Shown one piece after another: positions 29,422-39,700 of a stretch of DNA of 64,000 nt (positions within the stretch are counted from its first letter, which is position 1; every line of letters begins with the position of its first letter). Made by a program: the position numbers and the translations under genes. The notes beneath the pieces are model-generated. The model had not been told where the DNA came from and did no database searches. It was given only the letters and a program-made list of their open reading frames with translations. Source of the stretch: Pseudomonadota bacterium. GTDB lineage: Bacteria; Myxococcota; JACRCW01; JAFGSX01. Where the stretch lies: positions 32,001 through 96,000 of the forward strand of contig JBDRCO010000037.1 of NCBI GenBank assembly GCA_043821645.1, in the 5' to 3' direction.

Positions 29422-30780
29422 ATGAGCAACGTCGTCGTCGAGCGCGGTCAGAGCCTGTGGTCCATCGCCCGTAGCCAGCTCCCCGGCGGATCTTCCGACG
29501 CCACCATACAGCAGGCCGTCCGCGACATCGCCAAGGCCAATGGCCTGGCACCCGACGCCAGGCTGAAGCCGCACCAGACGCTGGTCATCCCCGATGCCTA
29601 CACCGGTGTGTCGGCGTCGAACACGGTGGCCGAGTCGCTGCCGCGCCTGAGCACCGCCGGATCCAGCGCAAATGTTCTCACCGCGCGTCTGGGGGCCACG
29701 GCCAAGCCGCTCGTGTCCTTCAAGGCCATATTCTCGGACACCGTGCGCAAAGACCTTGGCGCCGTCGACCTCCCCGCGATAGCAGGCACGCCCGTTTTGG
29801 GGCAGCGCCAGCGGTACGAGGGCCTGCGGAGCTCGATAGGCGAGGCGTCGCTGAACACCGTGGACGCGCGGCTGGGCACGCTCTCCCGTGAGCAATTCGA
29901 TGCGGTGCACGCCCAGCTGGGTGGTCGCTCGGGAGTGACCTACGACGCCGGCCGGGACTACCGCGTGGTCGACTTCTTGCCTCCTGCGCTGCAGGCCCTG
30001 CTGCACAAGGACCTCGAGATCCCTGAGCCCGTCGAAATCATGGGTACCAAGAAGCTGGTGCAGAATCTCATCGAGCAGGGCGGCATGCTCATCGGGGATG
30101 ACCCCGAGGGTGCAAACCTCGATGTGAACCTGACCATGAACTGCCACGCCACGGCCTGGGAGGCTGCGCGCGCCTACCAGGGGACGTCGGGGTCCGTGGC
30201 GGTGTTCTATGGCGAGATGATCACGATGGATGGGTTGTGCCAGGACCCCAAGCTGTTCGACAAGGTCGGAGAGGTCGACGCTGCACACATCAAGGACCTG
30301 ACCCGGCTCGACCTCAAGCCCGGTGACCTGGTGCAGTTTCACGAAGTCAGCGACTGGGCACGCATGACCATGCTGCTGCACACGGCGGTGTACGTCGGCG
30401 GCGGCCTGTTCTTCGAGAAGCCCAACACCGAGGGGCCCGAAAAAGCCGACCCTGCCCGCTACATCCAGCAAGACGAGACGCCGTTCAGGCTGGCCACCCT
30501 GGATGACATGGTCGCACCTCTGAGTGATGCCGTGGAGGGGAAGTTTCGTGTCGAGGTACTCAGACCCAGGGTCTCGCTCGAGGATCCGGGCATTGCCTTC
30601 GCCTCGTCCGTGGCCGAGCCCGTCACGCAGTGGGCGGGTAAGAAGGGGCGACAGCTGGGAGTGGAGCTGGTGTCCGAGTTCGAACAGGGCATGGGCGGTG
30701 GCATCCGCGCAGAGCACGTGAGCGCTTTGGTGCGTGTGCCTGTGGTTACCCAGGACGATGGCACGGCTGTCCTCGGCTGA
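29422..30780 (+). CDS. LysM domain plus NlpC/P60-like cysteine hydrolase, no signal peptide
   Basis: VVERGQSLWSIAR...IAKANGL...LKPHQTLVIP (LysM); MNCHATAW, LKPGDLVQF, LHTAVYVGGGLFFEK. Confidence 0.72.
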   Translation: MSNVVVERGQSLWSIARSQLPGGSSDATIQQAVRDIAKANGLAPDARLKPHQTLVIPDAYTGVSASNTVAESLPRLSTAGSSANVLTARLGATAKPLVSFKAIFSDTVRKDLGAVDLPAIAGTPVLGQRQRYEGLRSSIGEASLNTVDARLGTLSREQFDAVHAQLGGRSGVTYDAGRDYRVVDFLPPALQALLHKDLEIPEPVEIMGTKKLVQNLIEQGGMLIGDDPEGANLDVNLTMNCHATAWEAARAYQGTSGSVAVFYGEMITMDGLCQDPKLFDKVGEVDAAHIKDLTRLDLKPGDLVQFHEVSDWARMTMLLHTAVYVGGGLFFEKPNTEGPEKADPARYIQQDETPFRLATLDDMVAPLSDAVEGKFRVEVLRPRVSLEDPGIAFASSVAEPVTQWAGKKGRQLGVELVSEFEQGMGGGIRAEHVSALVRVPVVTQDDGTAVLG

Positions 30781-30844
30781 GCTGGCCAGGGCTCAGGACG
30801 CGGGTATTTGGCTAGTTCCATGCCACCCGGCTACACTGAGCTTG

Positions 30845-31528
30845 ATGCGCAGACTCCATGCACTGGCCAGATTCGCGTTCGCCATGACCCTGGTCCTGGT
30901 CAGCCCGCTGCGTGCGAGCGATCCCCCCGACGAGGAGATCCCCATCGACAAGTCCCTGGCCTACCGCACCCTGCAGGCCGAGATTCGGGCTCTCGAGAAA
31001 GACATCGCGACTCGGCAGTTTGGCTACTACGGACAGTCCGAGCGCGATCGGCTCAAAAAGGACCTGCTGCATCTCAAGCAGGTGCAGAAGCGTGTCGACG
31101 GTTACGTGTTTGCACTTCCAGCCAACTGCGATGAGTACCAGCCCCTGGCCACGGGCAAGCAGCCATCGCAGAACGTTGTGCAGATGGGGCCAGACGAATC
31201 GCACGTGCTCCTGGCCCCCGATCGCAACCACTTTGGTGAAAAACCCATCAATGCCTACACGGCGAGGGATGTCCGCTGCCGGCCGCGCATGCGAATCTCC
31301 GACGCCATGCTGCTCAAGGTGCGTGAGGCCGAGGACCTGCGCCGCACCCTCGGCGCGCGAAACTTCGACTTCGAACACCGCGACCAGAAGCACGAAGCCG
31401 AGCAGCACCTGGCAGACCTCGAGCTCGAGCTGCGGCAGGCCGGCGTCCCGGGTGATATCCACGCCGCGCCACCACGCCCCGAGAAGGCCGACCTGCAGAT
31501 CATGAGCGGACAGCCCGTTCACCGCTGA
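30845..31528 (+). CDS. Hypothetical secreted protein with coiled-coil segments
   Basis: Signal-like MRRLHALARFAFAMTLVLVSPLRA; host-like codon usage. Confidence 0.6.
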   Translation: MRRLHALARFAFAMTLVLVSPLRASDPPDEEIPIDKSLAYRTLQAEIRALEKDIATRQFGYYGQSERDRLKKDLLHLKQVQKRVDGYVFALPANCDEYQPLATGKQPSQNVVQMGPDESHVLLAPDRNHFGEKPINAYTARDVRCRPRMRISDAMLLKVREAEDLRRTLGARNFDFEHRDQKHEAEQHLADLELELRQAGVPGDIHAAPPRPEKADLQIMSGQPVHR

Positions 31529-31593
31529 TCGCGTCCCGCCTTCACCCCGACTTGGTTCTGCGCCACAGTAGACCCCTTGCCGAGGGAGGCGAC

Positions 31594-34512
31594 ATGGATC
31601 CGCGTGCATGGCCCGCGAAGCTTGGGGTGCTTGGCATGGCGGGCGTGCATCGTGCACTGAACGGCGTGCTGCGACGGCCCGTGGCAGTCCTCATCGCCTG
31701 CGCCGTGTTGACCGGGCTGTCGCTGGTCAGCGCCAGTCGTATCCAGATCAAGACCTCGTTCTGGGACACCATGTCCGAGGACGAACCCGTGATCGCCCGC
31801 ATCCGGCGCCTGGCGACCAATTTTCCCGCTGCCATGACAGCCATGGTGGTGCTCGAGGGCAACGAGCCCGATCGCCTCGTCGAGGTGGCCCGCCGCATCG
31901 AGCAGGACCTGCGCCGCGAGCTCGAGCAGGTGCGCGGGGTCTACCTCGAGCAGGACCTCGCGTTCTTCGAGCAGCGGGCCCTGCTGTACCTTCCCGTTGA
32001 TGAACTGCGCCTGGTCGACGAGGAACTGGCGCGGCACCGGGCGCAGCTGGCTGCCCTGGTGGCCGACCCGTCGCTGCTGGGTCTGCTGCGCAGCCTGGAT
32101 GCCATGGGGCGGCAGGTGTTCCCGGCGGGCGACAGCATGACCACCCTGAGCACCCGCGTGTTCGCCAATCCCCTGATCGCCCAGACCCTGGCCGGTCGGC
32201 CGGGCGCCGAGCTGGGCCTGAAGCTGGACACGGGACCCCTGCGTGAACGCCTGGACCGGGACAGTCTGGCGCTGCTGCGCGACGTGCCCCTGCCGCCCTC
32301 GGACCCCGCGGCCCTGAGCCTGCTCACCTCATCCCACGAGCTGCTCGACCTGGTGGCCGACGTGCTGGAGCAGGGCGAGCGCATCGATGCCGAGACTTTT
32401 CACCGGCGCTTCGCGGGCATCCGCTCGGTCACGGACAAGGCCCTGCCTCCCCGCTTTCAGTTCAGCGACGACAGGCGCATGTTGGTGATGGAAGTCAGCG
32501 CGGTTCACGACGTGACCCGGCTCGAGTACACCAAGCCCTTCGTGGCCGTGCTCGAGCGCGTGGCCCAGGCGCAGCAGCAACAGGCACAGGACGTCAAGAT
32601 AGGGCTCACGGGCATGCCCGTGCTCTATGCCAGCGACGAGCGCACCGTACTCGACAACTTCGCCCTGGTCTCCATCCTGGGCCTGCTGGGCATCCTGGCG
32701 GTGTTCATCATCGGTTTTCAGCAGGTGGCGCTGCCGTCACTGGCTGCCATCCCCCTGATCGTTGGGGTGCTGTGGACCCTGGGCCTGCAGGGTCTGGCGC
32801 GGCCACAACTCAACATGTTCAACCTGCTGTTCCCGGTGCTGCTGTTCGGGCTTGGAATCGACTTCGCGATTCACATCATCAACGGCTTCGCGCAGCTCCG
32901 GAGCCAGGGCCGAAGTTCTTCGGAGGCGCTTCACCAGACCTACGACGCGGTGGTGCCCAGCCTGGTCACCGGCGCGCTGACCACCGCTGCCGCCTTCTTT
33001 GCCATGCTCCTGGCCTCGCTCAAGGGGGTGCGGGAGCTCGGCTTCACCGCAGGGAGCGGAGTGCTGCTGGCACTGCTCTCGATGCTGCTGATGCTGCCTG
33101 CCTTGCTGCTGCTCTGGGACAGGCGGCGCGAACGCGGCGGTGTGCCCGTACCGCATCTCGAATTCGTGACCATGGGCAAGCTGGGCGCGCTGCTGGTGCG
33201 ACTGCGCTATGCCGTGCTGGCGCTGTTCCTCGTCGTCACCATCGTGCTGGCCTACTTCACTCCCCGGGTTGGCCTGGATCGCGACGCCGGGCGCATCGCC
33301 CCACAACACACACCCGCAGCCACGTTGCAGAAGTCTGTGCTCGAGAAGATGAAGATGGGCCTCGAGCCCAGCGTGTTCTTTGCAGCCGACCTCGTGGAGG
33401 CCGAGCGCATCCGCATTGCAGCCAGCCATGCGCACACCTTGTCGGAGCCGCTGTCCATCACGGCGGCCCTCCCGATGGAGCAGGAAACCAAGGGCCCTGT
33501 CCTCGACGCCATCGCCGAGAAGATCGACACCGTGCTGGCCTCGCCCCGGGCGACAAGCCCCGACTATACGGAGGCCGAGCTGGCGGAGCTGGGCACGCGC
33601 ATGGCGCGCCTCAAACGAACGGGCCTGGAGCTGTCGATGCTGTCCGCCCTGCTGTACGAGGCACCCACCCGGCAGCGCGTGGGTGAGATTCGCGACGACC
33701 TGAATCGCATCGACGGCCGCATCGGCGTCGCCAGCGTCGAGCGTCTGCGCTACCTGGACCGTTTGATTCGCGCCGAGGTTCAAGGTGCCACCACCGTGCT
33801 CGCGGCCATGGCCCACCACCGTCGCGTTGCGGTCGAGGACCTGCCGCGCGATCTTCTCGAGCGCGTCCAGGGCCTGGATGGCTCGTGGATGGTGGTGGTG
33901 CGTGCCAATAGCTACGCCTTCGACGAGCAGTTCTTGCGCGCCCACATCGAAGAGATGCGCACCATCTCGCCCGAGTTCACGGGCTTCGTGCCGGTGTGGC
34001 ACCGCATGCTCGAGATCATCCTGGACGACCTGCCTCGGCTGTTCGGGGCCACGCTGATCGCCGTGGCTCTGCTGGTGCTGCTCGGCCTGCGGTCGCTGCG
34101 CGCCTCGGTACTCAGTCTGGTGCCGCTGCTGGTCGGCCTGCTGTGGACAGTTGGCACCATGGGTTTGCTGGGGCTGTCTTTCAATGTGGTGAGCGTTCTG
34201 GCGGTGCCTCTCATCGTGGGCATAGGCATCGACAACGGCGTGCACCTGGTGCACCGCATTCGCCATGACCACGACGTGGGCCTGGCCCTCGCGCACACCG
34301 GAAAACCCATCCTGCTGACCTCGCTGACCACAGGCATAGGCTTCGGCAGCCTGCTGCTCAGCGTGCACCCAGGCATTTTTTCTCTCGGTCTCACCACAAC
34401 CCTGGGCATCCTGTGCTGCTTGCTGGTGTCGTTGCTGCTGGTGCCGGCCCTGGTGGCGATTTTTGACGAGGACAGCTTGAAGCCCGCCACCTCACCGACG
34501 GACGAGCCATGA
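31594..34512 (+). CDS. MMPL/RND-family lipid transporter (HpnN-like)
   Basis: Two halves with LLFGLGIDFAIH and LIVGIGIDNGVH, LTTAAAF / LTTGIGFGSL, large periplasmic loops. Confidence 0.88.
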   Translation: MDPRAWPAKLGVLGMAGVHRALNGVLRRPVAVLIACAVLTGLSLVSASRIQIKTSFWDTMSEDEPVIARIRRLATNFPAAMTAMVVLEGNEPDRLVEVARRIEQDLRRELEQVRGVYLEQDLAFFEQRALLYLPVDELRLVDEELARHRAQLAALVADPSLLGLLRSLDAMGRQVFPAGDSMTTLSTRVFANPLIAQTLAGRPGAELGLKLDTGPLRERLDRDSLALLRDVPLPPSDPAALSLLTSSHELLDLVADVLEQGERIDAETFHRRFAGIRSVTDKALPPRFQFSDDRRMLVMEVSAVHDVTRLEYTKPFVAVLERVAQAQQQQAQDVKIGLTGMPVLYASDERTVLDNFALVSILGLLGILAVFIIGFQQVALPSLAAIPLIVGVLWTLGLQGLARPQLNMFNLLFPVLLFGLGIDFAIHIINGFAQLRSQGRSSSEALHQTYDAVVPSLVTGALTTAAAFFAMLLASLKGVRELGFTAGSGVLLALLSMLLMLPALLLLWDRRRERGGVPVPHLEFVTMGKLGALLVRLRYAVLALFLVVTIVLAYFTPRVGLDRDAGRIAPQHTPAATLQKSVLEKMKMGLEPSVFFAADLVEAERIRIAASHAHTLSEPLSITAALPMEQETKGPVLDAIAEKIDTVLASPRATSPDYTEAELAELGTRMARLKRTGLELSMLSALLYEAPTRQRVGEIRDDLNRIDGRIGVASVERLRYLDRLIRAEVQGATTVLAAMAHHRRVAVEDLPRDLLERVQGLDGSWMVVVRANSYAFDEQFLRAHIEEMRTISPEFTGFVPVWHRMLEIILDDLPRLFGATLIAVALLVLLGLRSLRASVLSLVPLLVGLLWTVGTMGLLGLSFNVVSVLAVPLIVGIGIDNGVHLVHRIRHDHDVGLALAHTGKPILLTSLTTGIGFGSLLLSVHPGIFSLGLTTTLGILCCLLVSLLLVPALVAIFDEDSLKPATSPTDEP

Positions 34513-35738
34513 GGGCAACACTCACCTTGGTTCTTTGCGTCATGCTCCTCGGCTGCCCCGGGCGGTCAGTAGACCCCCTTGCGGAGGAGCGTGCACGTCT
34601 GGTCGAGCTCGAACGCGAGGCCCTGATCGAAGGCTGGCCCGCCGAGGCGGTTCTCGTCGTCCCGGCCCCGACTCTGGCTGCGAAGATACAGCAGGGCTTC
34701 GCTAACGCCCTGGCGGCGGGTCAAGACGCCCTGCACCTGGAGCCTGGGCTGGGGGTGAGCCTCGACGCCATACCGGACCTGCAGGTTGCAGGCGTGCAGG
34801 TCGAACCTAGCGCGGAGTGCGCGCAATGTGTGCGGGCCCGCGTCCAGCTGAAGGGAACCCTGGCATTGAAAGGGAGCGGCTGGGGGCTGCAACTCGAGCA
34901 TGAACAGAAGCTGCATGTGTCCCTGGCTGGTGTGATGGAGTCCTGGCTGACCTCCGAGGGAGGTGTGCATCGCGTCCAAGCTCGACCCAGGGCCAGCGAG
35001 ACCTGGACCGTGTTGATCGAGATTGAGTCCCTGCCTTCGACCTGGAACCAGGGTCTGGCCCGATTCATCGAGCAGCAGGTCGAGAAGTCCCTCCAAGAGA
35101 AACCCTGGCCCCCGGTCGACGTGCTCGAGGTCGAGGGTGAAAGCCCGGTTCGGTTGCGCGGCATTCGACTCGAGGCCGGGCCAGACGGTGGACTCATCAT
35201 TGCGCTGGCCTTCGCGGCCCTCACGCCAGGGACCGTCTCGGCCATTCCTTCCGTGGAGTCCGGGATCCTGCTGCTGGTCCCCGAGACCACCGCCCTGGCC
35301 CTGGTGCGCGCCACCGCATTGCGTCAGGCTCCGGTGGACGGGCACGCGGTCGAACCCTTGCGCATCGAGTTTCGGGAGGACCGCTTCGAGCTGTGGTTGC
35401 GAATCTGGGAGGTGTCTTCTCGACCCACCGCACGTGATTTTCACGTGCGCGGCCTGGTTCGCATTGAGGAGCAGCGACAGATTCTTCTGGAGGCCCAGGG
35501 CGCTCGCGAGCTCGGTCCAACAGGTCAGCGCTACGACCCCCTCAGTCTGCTGACCCGGGCAGCGATCCTGCAGAAGTTGGGAGCCAGTCTGTCGGCTGCG
35601 CTACCCGCGACCGTGCGTCGTGAGAGCCTGGGCCAGGTCGCCGCACTTCGTGTCGTGGGCGTCCAGGGTCAGGCAGATGCGCTCACGGTCCGGATGCAGC
35701 TGGAGCTGACCCGGGCTGAGCTCCCTGCGCCACTATGA
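34509..35738 (+). CDS. Hypothetical lipoprotein coupled to the MMPL transporter
   Basis: ATGA overlap; lipobox MLLG-C; long beta-strand/helix pattern. Confidence 0.7.
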   Translation: MRATLTLVLCVMLLGCPGRSVDPLAEERARLVELEREALIEGWPAEAVLVVPAPTLAAKIQQGFANALAAGQDALHLEPGLGVSLDAIPDLQVAGVQVEPSAECAQCVRARVQLKGTLALKGSGWGLQLEHEQKLHVSLAGVMESWLTSEGGVHRVQARPRASETWTVLIEIESLPSTWNQGLARFIEQQVEKSLQEKPWPPVDVLEVEGESPVRLRGIRLEAGPDGGLIIALAFAALTPGTVSAIPSVESGILLLVPETTALALVRATALRQAPVDGHAVEPLRIEFREDRFELWLRIWEVSSRPTARDFHVRGLVRIEEQRQILLEAQGARELGPTGQRYDPLSLLTRAAILQKLGASLSAALPATVRRESLGQVAALRVVGVQGQADALTVRMQLELTRAELPAPL

Positions 35739-35795
35739 GCTGACGATCCCTCGTCGCAAGGCCGGTGCAGCGACGTCGATGATCTGCGCCGCAGG

Positions 35796-36776
35796 TCAGT
35801 CGACCGGACACTGGTGTACGGCGTCGGTGCAGATCCACTGTCCGCTCGCGCACAGGCGCGACGAAGTCGCCAGCGCAACGGTGGTCGCGTCCACTGTGAT
35901 GTCGCCGATCTCCCAGAACTCGCCCGGCGCCAGCGTGTGCTGCTGTGTCGCCCGCTTGACGCCCAGGCTCCACAGCTCGACCGTGGCCGTGACGTCGGGA
36001 AGTGATGGGCCGGGCTGGTAGTGCACCGCCGTGGTGTAGGTCGCTTGCAGCGGATCCACGATGCGCAGGATCTCTGGTCCGCTTCCGATCTGCGCGCTGC
36101 CAAAGAGCACAGGATCCGCAGCGCTGCGGTCGCTGCTCTGATCCCAGTCCACGTGGGTACTGGCGCTGTCTGCACAGTTGGCCCAGTAGCAGGCGTCGTC
36201 GGTGCACCAGGCTCCGCTGTTGAACGAGAGATGCAGGTCGAGATCGCCCTGGGCGCTGTTCCAGATCAGCAGCAGACAGAGGCCTCCACTACTGCAGTCG
36301 CCGACCGTGGTGCCGCTGTCGGGAACCAGGCTGTCCGCAGCGGTTGCGTCTGTCGTGAGCGCAGCGTCTTGCGGCACGTCCGGCTGGCCGAGGTCTGTGG
36401 CCGAGGCGTCCTCGATTGCGGCGTCGGTCTGCGCGGCATCGTCGAGTGTGGCGTCCACCGACATCGTATCGATGGTGAGAAGATCCGTGACCTCATGGTC
36501 GGAAGCAGGGGCATCGACGGAAGTCAGGTCCGTCGCGGTCCTGTCCAGTGCGGTCCCGGTGTCTGGTAAGACGACATCTGTCGACTCGGTGTCCCCGGCG
36601 ATCGCGTCAGGGATGGCGATGTCTCCATCCCCTGTGTCGAACACGCGGGCATCCGTGCTGGCATCGGCGCGCGGTCGGGTCCCGGCATCGTCGATGTGAA
36701 CAGGCCCGGCACAGTCACAGGCCTGCAGCGCGCCGAGCAGGAGCCCGACGCCGGCGAGGGAGGCCAGACCACGCAT
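35796..36776 (-). CDS. Lipoprotein with D-x4 linker and C-terminal YfaP/DUF2135-like domain
   Basis: Lipobox LQA-C; LLIWNSAQGDLDLHL...GSGPEILRI...VHY; TGATG overlap with upstream gene. Confidence 0.72.
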   Translation of the reverse strand: MRGLASLAGVGLLLGALQACDCAGPVHIDDAGTRPRADASTDARVFDTGDGDIAIPDAIAGDTESTDVVLPDTGTALDRTATDLTSVDAPASDHEVTDLLTIDTMSVDATLDDAAQTDAAIEDASATDLGQPDVPQDAALTTDATAADSLVPDSGTTVGDCSSGGLCLLLIWNSAQGDLDLHLSFNSGAWCTDDACYWANCADSASTHVDWDQSSDRSAADPVLFGSAQIGSGPEILRIVDPLQATYTTAVHYQPGPSLPDVTATVELWSLGVKRATQQHTLAPGEFWEIGDITVDATTVALATSSRLCASGQWICTDAVHQCPVD

Positions 36777-39700
36777 CACAGGCTGCCGTAGTCGCGATCC
36801 TGGATGGTGGCCTCGCCCACGGGCATCATCGCCACGTTCGTGTTGCTCGCCATGGGAACACCGGTGAAGCCGGGCATGGCGATGTTGATCTTCTCGTTGG
36901 CCTGCAGGTTGAAGCGTGCGGCATCTTCCTTGGCGATCTTGATCTGGAAGAGGTAATTGCCCTGTCCCTGACGACCGTCGTTGTCGGTGTAGGCAAAGGT
37001 CTGGTTGATGACGACGTCGACGAAGGCGTCGTTGCGATCCACTGTGTCGATGGTGAAGTCCTTGCGGCTGGTCGAGCCCAGGGTGTGGGCGACCACGATG
37101 CCTCGCACGTCCTCGCCCGAGGGGAGCTTGAACGTGACCACGCCAGCATTGGCGTCAACCGCCTGGCTGCCACTCTGCACACTGGTGGCGAGTCCGGGCG
37201 TGCTCATGTTCACGTGGTGCTGGTTGCCGTTGCGATCGCGCACGGTGACGCCAAAGGTCGAGCGCGCCGAATGCGGGAACTCGGCCTTGAACCGACCCTC
37301 GCCGTCGACCTCGACCTCGGTCTTGTGGTCCTTGCCGTCTGGGGTGCGGCTCGAGATGACCAGGGTGCTGAAGGGCTCGACCGCAAGCTGCTCGCCGCTC
37401 AGGGCCCACAGCGGTGAGTCGCCTCGCATCTTGCCGTCCTTGTCAAAGGTCGAGTTCTCGAGCTTGGTGGCGCCGGTCCTGAAGTAGGGGGGGCGGTCGT
37501 CGCTCTTGATGGGCACCGCCGAGACTCCGGTGGACACCTGGCCGCTGCGGACCAGGTAGCTGTCCGTGGGCACCACCATCATGGCGCTCTGCTTGCCGTC
37601 GCGGGTCAGGCTGATCACGCCGAGCTGGTCGCCCGAGCGGACCTGGTTACCGCCGCCCACGACGCTGAACTTGCCGTCGGGGCCGGCCACGGTCTCGGCC
37701 ACCAGGGTCTTGTTACCCTCTGAGACGTTGAAGATCTGAACGATGTCGCCGGGGGTGGCGCGGCCCTTCATGCGCAGCGGTGTCGCGTCGTACTGGTAGC
37801 CGCGATTGTTGTTGCTCTGCGGGAACATGAGCACGCTGGCGGATTCGATGCGCGGAGCCGGGTGCGCGCCGCGCTCGCCGTCTCCGACCTGGCCCACGCC
37901 CGAGACCTTGCCCAGCAGGGCCGTACGCGCGTCGATGAGCGACATGGCGCCGGTGCGTGGCTTGCTGCTCTCGGCGCGGGTCGCATCGGCATCCTGAGGT
38001 GGCACCTTGCCACGGCCGAGCAGCTCGAAGGGGAAGCCTGTCGCCGGGAAGGCGTCCTGGGCAGCCTTAGTGATGGCGTCCTTCTGGTCTGGGAACTGCA
38101 CGGCCAGCCGGTCAAAGACGTAGAGCATGGTCTTGGCCGCGCCCATGGCACGGTCATATTCCAGGTCGCCCGGCTCCTTGCCCTGGTCGTAAGCGACCGC
38201 TGCGAAGGCCAGCGCGCCCTTGAGGGCCAGGGTCAAGCTGGCGAGGTGCTGCGGCACCTGGATGGGGCTGTTGGGGTTGCCCATGTTGACCTGGCCCATC
38301 ACGTAGTCCACACCCACCGAGGAGCTGTAGTTCTGGTTGTTGGTGCCCTGGTAGGTGAAGTTGAGGCAGCTCGTGCCCTGGTTTTCGGACAGGGAGAGCT
38401 TGGCCGAGTTCATGGCCGGCAGGCCGAACTTGTCCTTCAGCGCTGGCGGGAAGTAGTCGAAGCTCGACTCGTTCTTGCTCTCGTCGGTGCGGGCGCCAAA
38501 GAACTCGCGCTTGTAGTTGAGCGCGACGTCGCTCTCGGGCGCGGTGGTGGAACCCGTGTTGATGGTGAAGGGCGTCAGCCAGGCGTCCTCGAGGTCCAGG
38601 CTGCCCTTGCCGACGGCATCCAGGCAACCCTTGAGCGTGTGGTCATCCGAGCGCACGTGCTTCTCGGGTATCTTGCAGGTCTCACCCAGGCCAGGCACGC
38701 GCCAGCCGTGTAGCTCCATGGGGAACTTGCGGCCGGCCGCGTCGAGCACCATGAAGTTGAGCTGGTCGCCGACGTTGACCCCACGCAGCAGGCCCTGCAG
38801 TCGCCCGTTCTGGTCTGCGCGCAGATACTGCATGACCTTGCCCTCGCGCACCACTGCGAGCTGGCCAAAGGGGGGCAGCCCCTCGACGTTAGGCATCCTG
38901 AGGAAGGGACCGCGCTGGTCGCGCTGGCCGTGGATGAACAGATCTTGTGGTGGACCCTGGATGGCCTCGATCACGGCCGTGACGTCGGGCTGAGCCTGGT
39001 TGAGCTTCTCGGCCGGCACCAGGAAGCCGAAGCCGCGGCCGACCTTCTCGGGTAGCATGACGGCCAGGCTGGCCTCGCTGGTGATGTTGCCACTGGCATC
39101 GCGGGCGATGATCTCGAGGGTATCGAAGTTGTCGATGCCGCCCACCGCCGCATTGATCGAGCCCTTCTCGTCGGCGTTGAGCTCGAACAGGTCGCCGGTG
39201 CCGGTATTGCGCAAGATCACGGCACCGTTGGGGACGGTGACGCCGGCGGCCTTGAAGTGCACCCACGGCGGGCCATCCCCGACCACCTGGTCCGCGTCGG
39301 GACGGGAGGCCTGGGGTGGCTTGAGCACGCCGCCGGCCAGGGCCTCGAGACGCAGGGCCACGGGCGGGGCCACGTAGTCCACGTCGATGCCCTTGTCGTT
39401 GATGTCCTTGACCTCGACCTTGAGGCGCTGACCGGGCTCGAAACCAAAGACCTTGAGCCCGAACTTGCCCAGGCTGTCGGCCTTGGTCACGTAGTCCTGG
39501 CCGTTGACGCGCACGTTGATGGTGCTGTTGGGCTCGACCGAATCGTCGCCACCGACCAGCTCCAGGGCATAGGGGTCGCCCGCCTTGGCTGGTGGGGTGA
39601 AGGTCGCGGTCACCTTGTCGTTCTGGAAGAAGGGGTTGCGGGTGTCGTGCTTGCTGTTCAGCGCCTGCAGGGTCGTGCTCTCGCTGTTGCCGACCACGCT

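Noticed and set aside
30809-30823. TGGC-N-ATGC sigma54-like spacing upstream of 30845
   Set aside because: Only the GG/GC dinucleotides match; too degenerate to support.
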